In this document: piece after piece, positions 1 to 6,358 of the stretch
Numbering within the stretch: position 1 is the stretch's first letter
How the letters are laid out: each line of letters opens with the position of its first letter
Assembly: GCA_044222475.1 (NCBI GenBank)
Contig: JBGANF010000188.1
Span: 1 to 12,712 of the forward strand
Source: Polyangiaceae bacterium
GTDB lineage: Bacteria > Myxococcota_A > Polyangia > Polyangiales > Polyangiaceae
DNA length: 12,712 nt
Direction: 5' to 3'
The notes under the pieces: generated by a model
The model's input: only the letters and a program-made list of their open reading frames with translations
Database searches by the model: none
What the model was told of the DNA's origin: nothing
Translations under genes and position numbers: made by a program

Positions 1-234
1 CGCTCGGTCGACTCGCACGGCTCGAACTGCGTGCTCCACGATTGGGAGGACCTGGACGTCACCATCGTCGACGCTCACACCGGCGCCAAGCTCGGCGCGC
101 GGAAGTTCCGCGCGCCCGACGCCCCGTGCGAGGGTTGGCTAAACTCGCACGAGGCGAAGAGCTCGGTCGTCCCCGACGAAGACGTCGTCCAGGCGTGGAT
201 CACGTCCGGGACGACGACCGGGACGTGGAAGTGA
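1..234 (+). CDS. Hypothetical protein, 3' end (5'-truncated by window)
   Basis: Frame is open from base 1 (RSVDSHGSNCVLHDWEDLDVTIVDAHTGAKLG...) to TGA at 232-234, with GC-rich third positions. No recognisable motif. Confidence 0.7.
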   Translation, partial: RSVDSHGSNCVLHDWEDLDVTIVDAHTGAKLGARKFRAPDAPCEGWLNSHEAKSSVVPDEDVVQAWITSGTTTGTWK

Positions 235-401
235 CGTTCGCGCCGCGGAGACGAAAGCTACTGGACGAGCGCGCGGAGCGGAGCGGCGGGGGGCGCTGGG
301 ACGCGGAGGGAGACGGTTGCGGCACGGCGCAGCAAAGACCGTAAGCCATCCTGACGTGCAATGGCGCGGGGCCACCCACCCGCCGTACGCTACGATGACG
401 C

Positions 402-1055
402 ATGCGCATCGCGGGCCTCGCCTTGGTCGGATCCATGCTGCTCGGGTGCGGTGGCATCGCCACCGTCGCGCTCGACGCTTCCGTCGACGCCACTTCCGAG
501 TGGACGTTCACGTTCGACGCGTTCGTCTTTCCGGACGACGCCGCGATCGAGAGCGACGGCCTCACGACGCCGCCGGTCTTGTGTCCGCCGACGCCCCCGG
601 TCGTCGGCTCGCCATGCACCTCCGTCAACGAGATCTGCGAGTACGGCCAGTCATGGTGGCTCGCGTGCAACCCGAGCGTGCGCTGCGGTCCCGACCACAC
701 GTGGGGCGCCGAGACGAAAGGATCGAGCTGCCTCGGCGACGCGGCTGCGTGTCCGCCGACGTACGCCGCCGCGCTCGAGGCCGGAATCAACTGTCCGCCC
801 GCCGATTGCGAGTACCCCGAAGGGCACTGCACCTGCCTCGGCTACTGCGGTGGGCCGCCGCCTCCGGGCCCGACCCCGAACACGTTCCACTGCTCGCCGA
901 CGCCGAAAGGGTGCCCCACGCTGCGCCCGCGGTTGGGCACGGCGTGCACCGTGGAGAACCAGAAGTGCAACTACGACCTCGGTTGCTGCGGAGGCACCGA
1001 CCTCTTCTGCATGGGTGGCGTGTGGCTTGGCGGCCCCACGCCGCCTTGCCTCTGA
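402..1055 (+). CDS. Cys-rich repeat lipoprotein
   Basis: Signal peptide with lipobox (MRIAGLALVGSMLLG-C), acidic DA-rich linker, then three CP-x-C-x-C-x-Y units (CPPTPPVVGSPC..CEY; CPPTYAA..NC..CEY; CPTLRPRLGTAC..CNY). Confidence 0.85.
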   Translation: MRIAGLALVGSMLLGCGGIATVALDASVDATSEWTFTFDAFVFPDDAAIESDGLTTPPVLCPPTPPVVGSPCTSVNEICEYGQSWWLACNPSVRCGPDHTWGAETKGSSCLGDAAACPPTYAAALEAGINCPPADCEYPEGHCTCLGYCGGPPPPGPTPNTFHCSPTPKGCPTLRPRLGTACTVENQKCNYDLGCCGGTDLFCMGGVWLGGPTPPCL

Positions 1056-1118
1056 CCCAAGGCGATTCGTCGACGCGAGTCTGATGACGCGCGGCCGAGG
1101 AACACGCCGGAGGTCCAT

Positions 1119-1607
1119 GTGCGCCTACGAAGACCGATCTCGTTCGCGATCGTCGTCACGATCGCGACGCTGCTGATCCATTGTCACTCGCAGTATCGGC
1201 CGCTCACCACGGCAGAGGGCTGTGCGTGCAAGCCGACCGAATATTGCACGGTCACGCCGCCGCCCCGCAGCGGGGGTGAGGCGCGCTTCGAGTGCGCGCC
1301 CCTTCCCCAGGCGTGCGGCGCGCGCCCCACCTGCGATTGCGTCGGCAACTCGGCGATCGACTCGTGCCGCGACGAAGACGGCCGCATCACCCTCATGCCC
1401 CAGCGCGACGTCGCCAGCTGCGACTCGTGCTCCAAGGAGGAGTACTGCGAAGACCGAGGCGTCGAGCGGTACTGCCGCGCGATGCCGCCCCAGTGCGACG
1501 AGACTCCGACCTGCGCGTGCTTCATGGCGACCGGCCGCGGCCGGGCATACGGCGTGGAGTGCCACGACACGAGCGGCCGAATCGTCGCGTCGCTCCCGGC
1601 GAAGTGA
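1119..1607 (+). CDS. Exported Cys-rich protein with two tandem 8-Cys domains (possible lipoprotein)
   Basis: GGAGG at 1109-1113, 5 nt before GTG. Basic then hydrophobic N-terminus ending LLIH-C. Two repeats sharing EYC, PxxC, PTCxC and CxDxxGRI. Confidence 0.85.
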   Translation: MRLRRPISFAIVVTIATLLIHCHSQYRPLTTAEGCACKPTEYCTVTPPPRSGGEARFECAPLPQACGARPTCDCVGNSAIDSCRDEDGRITLMPQRDVASCDSCSKEEYCEDRGVERYCRAMPPQCDETPTCACFMATGRGRAYGVECHDTSGRIVASLPAK

Positions 1608-1668
1608 TCCCGACGCACGGAAGAGCGTTTGGCGCGGAGGCGAAATTGGGGGGACTTACACCTCCCGC

Positions 1669-3054
1669 ATGCGCTCGTTTCATCTCTTGGCCTTTGCGAT
1701 CGTCTCGATCTTCGCCGCCGGATGCTCCGCACCGGATCCCGATCCCGGCACCCCGCCGATCGAGGGCAGCCCCCTCCAGAACCCTTCGATCGCCACCCTG
1801 CCCGCCTTCCATTTCCATCCGCGGAACAAGTGCCGCATCGCGACCGAGTCGGTCGTGTACCCCGACGTCCGCGACGTCGTGTCCGGCAGTCCATCACCGC
1901 TCGCCGCAGCCGGCTTCGACTGCGTGGAGACCGGACACCCGGGCGCCAAACCGGATGTAGTCTACACGGATGTGGACGACCCTCGCGTCTGGAGCGGGAT
2001 CGATCTCCGGTCGGGCATCGGCGCGCTCGGCACGCCGATTCACCCCGGCTGGATGCGCGACTCGTCGCAGGTCGTCCAGCAGTCGCTCGATCTCATGGGG
2101 GTGATGAGCGGCGGCGAAGGTCCGGCCCCCGGTGACGGGTTGTCCGGCACGCAAGCGTCGATCGCGGAGGCGCTCACGCCGTGGTCGGGCACGGTCGGTC
2201 CGTTCTCGTCCGAAGGCACGTCGTCGTTCAATCCGTACCTGGCCGGACTTCGCGTCGGGAAGACTCCGCTGAAGGTGGGCCTCGACGACGCCGGCACGCC
2301 CGCTGCGTTTCGCGTCAACGTCGCGCTCGATCCCGAGGTGATGCTCGTGCCGGTGCAAGCCGTCGTCTTCTACGACAGCTTCGTGCCCGGCATCGGAACG
2401 CTGCCGGTGCAACGCGCGCTCTGGGATCGTGTCCCGACGCCCGACACTCCGATTCAAGTCCCGTTCGGCGGCGAGGTCGTCAAGTATCGACCGCTCGCCA
2501 ACTCGGTGATGGGCGGCGAGCAGGGTCCGTGGGAGGCGCGCATGGCGGGGTTCAACCTCCCCGACGACGTGTGGGCGAAGTGCGGCGTGCAGTTCCGCCT
2601 CGTCCGTTTCCTGCCCATTCAAGTGAGCAAGGCGCTCGCGGCGCCGAAGAACCACGGCACGATCTCCGGGCCGCTCCACGACTTCTGGGACTTCCTGAAG
2701 CTGCAACCGCAGTTCAAGGACTCGGGCCTCGTCACCGCGCTCTTCGCGCCGTTCTGCTCGGACACCGACGCCGGCGGCGGGCAGCTCGCTCCGCCGAACG
2801 GGCAGACGCTACCGGAGCACCAGTTCGCGTGCGTGCGCTGGAGCGCTCCGGCCGCGGTGCTCGCCCACGAGCTCGGTCACGCGCTCGATCAGCAGCACGC
2901 GTGGTGCCCATCGAACCCGCCGTCGCCGTACGACCGCAACCTGATGTGCGAGAACACGACGGTCGGAGTCGCGGTCACGCCGGGGCAGTGCCGGCAGGTG
3001 CGCGCGTACCTTCGGTCGAGCGGACTCCTGAAGTGGTTTCCGGGACAGCAGTGA
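1669..3054 (+). CDS. Lipoprotein with C-terminal metzincin-like zinc metallopeptidase domain
   Basis: ATG 1669 gives MRSFHLLAFAIVSIFAAG-C (lipobox). HELGHALDQQH at 2866-2898 is followed by a Met-turn-like NLMC. The ORF-track extension to 1222 overlaps the previous gene. Confidence 0.8.
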   Translation: MRSFHLLAFAIVSIFAAGCSAPDPDPGTPPIEGSPLQNPSIATLPAFHFHPRNKCRIATESVVYPDVRDVVSGSPSPLAAAGFDCVETGHPGAKPDVVYTDVDDPRVWSGIDLRSGIGALGTPIHPGWMRDSSQVVQQSLDLMGVMSGGEGPAPGDGLSGTQASIAEALTPWSGTVGPFSSEGTSSFNPYLAGLRVGKTPLKVGLDDAGTPAAFRVNVALDPEVMLVPVQAVVFYDSFVPGIGTLPVQRALWDRVPTPDTPIQVPFGGEVVKYRPLANSVMGGEQGPWEARMAGFNLPDDVWAKCGVQFRLVRFLPIQVSKALAAPKNHGTISGPLHDFWDFLKLQPQFKDSGLVTALFAPFCSDTDAGGGQLAPPNGQTLPEHQFACVRWSAPAAVLAHELGHALDQQHAWCPSNPPSPYDRNLMCENTTVGVAVTPGQCRQVRAYLRSSGLLKWFPGQQ

Positions 3055-3066
3055 CGCTCGAGCGCT

Positions 3067-3555
3067 TCACTTCAGGGTGGCGACTGCGACGCATCGCCAG
3101 ATCGGGCCGGGGAAGTCGCAGGCGCACGCCTCTCCGTCGATGATCCCGGCATCGAGCGCCGCGTTGGGTCCGAGCACCAGACACTCGGCGTTTCTGAAGC
3201 GGTCACCGGGCGGCCCGGCATCCAACCACTCGCATGAAGCGCCTTCCGCTGCGTGCGGAGGACAGAGCGGAGTGCTTCGAGTCCTGCCAACCAGCGGGTT
3301 GACGCAGATCCATTCGCCCCGGTGGCACCCGCACTCGAGGACATTGATCGGGTCCTCCTTCGATAGGCCGAAGTTGCGCGGCGGGAAATACGCGCACGAA
3401 GGATGCCCGCTGCACGTCGCTGGAAAGGGAAACCCGCGTATCGGCGCTGGTGGGCACGCGCTGTCGGGAACGCTGGCGAGTTGTCCGCACGCGGAACCCG
3501 CCCCGACGAGCAGCAGCGCGCCGACCGTGACCGTGACGAAGAACGCACCGCGCAT
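3067..3555 (-). CDS. Cys-rich repeat lipoprotein
   Basis: MRGAFFVTVTVGALLLVGAGSA-C lipobox-like signal. Two CPP..G..C....C....CxC....WxC units resembling those of 402..1055. Confidence 0.8.
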   Translation of the reverse strand: MRGAFFVTVTVGALLLVGAGSACGQLASVPDSACPPAPIRGFPFPATCSGHPSCAYFPPRNFGLSKEDPINVLECGCHRGEWICVNPLVGRTRSTPLCPPHAAEGASCEWLDAGPPGDRFRNAECLVLGPNAALDAGIIDGEACACDFPGPIWRCVAVATLK

Positions 3556-3567
3556 GAGGCGTCAGGC

Positions 3568-3583
3568 AGCACGTTGCGTGCCA
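3568..3583 (-). promoter_or_regulatory. Putative sigma54 (-24/-12) promoter of the 3067..3555 gene
   Basis: Minus strand TGGCACG-CAAC-GTGCT versus consensus TGGCACG-N4-TTGCW, with exact GG-N10-GC spacing. Predicted +1 lies about 2 nt before the ATG at 3555. Confidence 0.65.
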
Positions 3584-3672
3584 CCGGGAAGCTCGTCGGA
3601 TGTTGCACTTTCGGCGCGGCAGATGGGCAACGAGTGACATTCGTCGCCACCCTAGTTGGCGCGAGCGACCAT

Positions 3673-4148
3673 TCACCCCCAGCGCTGCATCGCGTACGGG
3701 AGGCTCTGCGGGCACAGCTGGAGGTGCCGGTTCGCCGCGACGATCTGGGGGATGTTCTGCGGGCCACCCGCGATCGCGCGGGCGGAAGCCACCAGGTCTC
3801 GAGGTCGCCTCATCGCTCGATCGCGTTGGCGCGGGTGACGTCGATCTGGAGGCGCGACGGAAGCGCGACCTGGATGCTCGCAGGGTTCGGCCCCAGCGCC
3901 GCCAGCACGTTGCGGAACTCGCCGCGGAGCGTGGCGAGCGTGGCGTAGGTGACGCGATACGCCGTGTCGGCCTGGAGATCCGGCGGCGACGGGTCGCACG
4001 CACCGAACCAAGTACTTGCAGACTGCATGTCACCGGCCTTGGCCGACAAGCGCGCCAGTTGGCAGCGGACGACCTGCTTCTGCTGCGGATCGCGCAGGGC
4101 GTCGAGCATCGTCTCGAACAGCGCGCGCTGCCGCGTCGGATCGTTCAT
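3673..4148 (-). pseudogene. Disrupted gene for an alpha-helical (TPR-like) protein
   Basis: MNDPTRQRALFETMLDALRD...VTRANAIER stops at TGA 3812-3810, reads on as GDLET, then protein-like sequence resumes in another frame from ~3795 (LVASARAIAGGPQNIPQIVAANRHLQLCPQSLPYAMQRWG, stop 3675-3673). Confidence 0.6.
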
Positions 4149-4150
4149 AG

Positions 4151-4585
4151 TCAGCGGGACAGGCAGCCGACGGTCGGGCAATTGGACGGGAAGCCCGTTC
4201 CGTCGTCCTTGCACGCGACGAACGATTCGCCGCTGTAGAACTGGCCGCGGCACTTCTTGTCCGCCCGGCACGACTTCACGTCTTTGTGTACTCCGCACGG
4301 ATCGCCCGGTGGCGAAGCGCACCAGTCATCGGTCTTCATGCCGCAAGGCGGGCCCTTCGCGACGGTCGCGGAAGGCGCCGCAGACGGCGGCGCAGACGGC
4401 GCAGTGGGTGCGGCCGACACGGCAGCGGTGGCGCTGGGCGAAAGCGCGCTCGATGGGGCCGCCGTGGACACCGACCCGGACGTCGTCGTGGAGGGCGCGG
4501 CCGACGGTGCCCCCTGCGGGCTGCGCTCCTGACAGCCCCAGAGAACGACCAGAACGACGCCGATGGAACGAGGGAGAGCGTTCAT
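4151..4585 (-). CDS. Lipoprotein with S/A/T/P-rich linker and C-terminal 8-Cys domain
   Basis: MNALPRSIGVVLVVLWG-C lipobox, low-complexity linker, compact C-terminal domain with 8 Cys. Confidence 0.85.
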   Translation of the reverse strand: MNALPRSIGVVLVVLWGCQERSPQGAPSAAPSTTTSGSVSTAAPSSALSPSATAAVSAAPTAPSAPPSAAPSATVAKGPPCGMKTDDWCASPPGDPCGVHKDVKSCRADKKCRGQFYSGESFVACKDDGTGFPSNCPTVGCLSR

Positions 4586-4621
4586 GCAACGAACGCTACC
4601 AGCGATCTGCGCACGGGCACC

Positions 4622-5296
4622 TCAGGCGAACCGATTCTCGACGAGGCCCGCTCGACGAAAGCCGCCTCGCAAGAGCCACGTCGACGGCTTGCTCAACGGC
4701 GGCGGTCCCGTTCCCGGCGACCACCTCGGGATGCGTACCGCGTGCGCGAAATGCATGAACGTCCGCGCCGACGAGAACGGGTCGAGCTGCATGCGATCGG
4801 CCGCGCTCCCGTGGTGCGTGTGGTTGAACAAAACGTAGCCGATTGCATGCCGCACCTCGGACGGGGTCGAGAGCACGCGCGCGTGGTAGCGCTGGCCGAG
4901 CACGGTGCCGCGCTTGCGGCGCATCACGTCGCGGTTGATGCGCCGCGCGAGGCGAATCGAGAAGCCCTGCATGCGACGCGAGAGAACGACGCGATCGGCG
5001 GCTTCGACCACGAGGTGCACGTGATTTCCTTGCACCGAGTAGTGAACGACCCGCAGCTCGCCGCGCCGTGCCTCTTCGCGCAGCGCGTGCTCGACGCACC
5101 GGAAACCGCGCTGGCTCCGCAGGTTCGGCGTCGTGCGCGCCATGCGCAGGGTGACGTGTACCGGGCTGCGACCCCCGTCGAACACCGGGCGCGCGCGATG
5201 CGAGATGGATCCCCTCTTCCGAGGACGGCCCACCCTGCGGCGGCCTTCCGGCCGCTGCTCCTCGAAAGCGAGCGCGAGCTGGCGAGAGCGCCTCAT
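4622..5296 (-). CDS. HUH/Y1 tyrosine transposase (IS200-family, REP-associated RAYT/TnpA-REP-like)
   Basis: Motifs in canonical order: PVHVTLR, YSVQGNHVHLVVEA (HUH), GTVLGQRYHARVL, AIGYVLFN (catalytic Tyr helix), DPFSSA, and a C-terminal TWLL. ATG at 5296 follows an AT-rich patch. No tnpB adjacent. Confidence 0.88.
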   Translation of the reverse strand: MRRSRQLALAFEEQRPEGRRRVGRPRKRGSISHRARPVFDGGRSPVHVTLRMARTTPNLRSQRGFRCVEHALREEARRGELRVVHYSVQGNHVHLVVEAADRVVLSRRMQGFSIRLARRINRDVMRRKRGTVLGQRYHARVLSTPSEVRHAIGYVLFNHTHHGSAADRMQLDPFSSARTFMHFAHAVRIPRWSPGTGPPPLSKPSTWLLRGGFRRAGLVENRFA

Positions 5297-5332
5297 GATT
5301 ATGGCATATATTGTCACGGCCAACCGCGAACG

Positions 5333-5477
5333 CAAGCCCGAGCCGCGCACAACGGGGGGTACAGGCCGGGTAGATCCTTGACGCTGCGCCATGCCCGGGA
5401 AGGAGACGGGCGCAGTGAAGGGAGCGTGAGTCGACCGGTCCTGTCGACCGGAAACGGGCGACAGGTTCGAGGGCTTG
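5333..5477 (+). ncRNA. Candidate structured ncRNA or ssDNA hairpin element (6S-like architecture, unconfirmed)
   Basis: Closing stem CAAGCCC-GAGCC (5333-5344) / GGTTC-ga-GGGCTTG (5464-5477); inner GGCCGG (5364-69) / CCGGTC (5435-40); apical hairpin 5376-5421; GAAA-capped hairpin 5440-5465. G-T pairs and the GNRA loop favour the + strand. Confidence 0.4.
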
Positions 5478-5482
5478 GCAGG

Positions 5483-6358
5483 CTAGAACCGACCCGTCGC
5501 CCCGATCGCCGCTCCGCCCGCGACGGGCACGACGAACGCAGACACCGGGTGCTCCGTGCTGCTCTTGCCGCCTATCACGTTCGCGATGATCATCGCCGTC
5601 AAGCCGGCGGCGACGCCGCCGATGCCGACGAAGAGCAGCACGTTCGCCGCCGTGATCTTCGTCTGCACTGCATCGACGTCGCTCTGCGCGCAGTTCGGCG
5701 AGCACGTCGCGCGAAGGTCCTTCGCTTCGCCGCTCGCCATCGGCACCAGGATCGCCGTGCCGACGAAGCCGGCCACGCCGATGCCGAAGAACACCCCGCT
5801 GATCCACGGGAACTTGAACCCACCGCCCGAGCCCCCGTCCTTCGGCGGCTCCACCGGCGGCTGATCCGGAGGGGTCTTGGGACCGGCGGCAGCCGGCTTC
5901 GACTCGATCGGGATCACGCGGTTCTTCTCGCCCGCGACGACGACGAGCTTCTCCTCCGCGTCGGCCGCACCGTCGCGACGGACCACGATCGTGTGGGCGC
6001 CGGGGTTCAGGGCGATCGGCCTACCGTCGGCGTGCGCCGCACGGACGGTGCCATCGATGCTGATGGTGGCGTCGACGACGTCCTTGCCGGCTTGATCGCG
6101 CACGCGCACGACGATCGACGGGAGCGACTGCTCCACCTCCTGCAACCACCGCGCGCACTGCTTCGCCACCGCGCCGGGGCAGCCGGCGGCGCTGCACGTG
6201 ACGAGCTTCTCCTTCGCTTCGAGGAGCTGCCCGTCGTCACGGAGCTGCTGGCTCTTCTCCGCCGCGTCCACGCACGCTTCCACGTTGGCGGCGCGCGCGA
6301 CCGACGGCGCGGCGACCAACGCCGCGATCACCCCGAGCGAGGTCAGGGTCCTCTTCAC
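5483..6358 (-). CDS. Exported helical (TPR-like) + PEGA-like domain protein with membrane-associated C-terminus
   Basis: Signal peptide (..VARA/A), 4-Cys helical domain, PEGA-like segment (ATISIDG...PIALNPGAHTIVVRRDG), Pro linker, two Gly-rich hydrophobic segments, C-terminal ..AIGATGRF. GTG at 6358 overlaps the kinase stop (GTGA) and has GGGAG upstream; alternative start 6364. Confidence 0.88.
   Translation of the reverse strand: MKRTLTSLGVIAALVAAPSVARAANVEACVDAAEKSQQLRDDGQLLEAKEKLVTCSAAGCPGAVAKQCARWLQEVEQSLPSIVVRVRDQAGKDVVDATISIDGTVRAAHADGRPIALNPGAHTIVVRRDGAADAEEKLVVVAGEKNRVIPIESKPAAAGPKTPPDQPPVEPPKDGGSGGGFKFPWISGVFFGIGVAGFVGTAILVPMASGEAKDLRATCSPNCAQSDVDAVQTKITAANVLLFVGIGGVAAGLTAMIIANVIGGKSSTEHPVSAFVVPVAGGAAIGATGRF

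Noticed and set aside
275..316. G-rich tract as a G-quadruplex
   Set aside because: G-runs are irregular and mostly GG; unremarkable at this GC content.
320..335. CGGCACGGCGCAGCA as a sigma54 promoter for gene 402
   Set aside because: GG-to-GC spacing is 9 nt rather than the required 10.
1064..1115. CTGATGA (1081-1087) as a hammerhead ribozyme core
   Set aside because: No correctly placed GAAA and no stems II/III; only a short GATTCG/CGAGTC hairpin precedes it.
1222..1668. N-terminal extension of the 610-aa ORF
   Set aside because: Arg/Ala-rich shadow overlapping the 1119..1607 gene; the lipoprotein signal begins at ATG 1669.
3780..3812. Selenocysteine or readthrough at the TGA in the disrupted gene
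   Set aside because: Readthrough alone leads into Arg-rich non-protein-like sequence, so a frameshift is also needed; there is no redox-motif context.
5440..5465. Rho-independent terminator for the PEGA gene
   Set aside because: Position fits but there is no U-tract on the minus strand; treated as part of the larger structured element, though a terminator role is not excluded.
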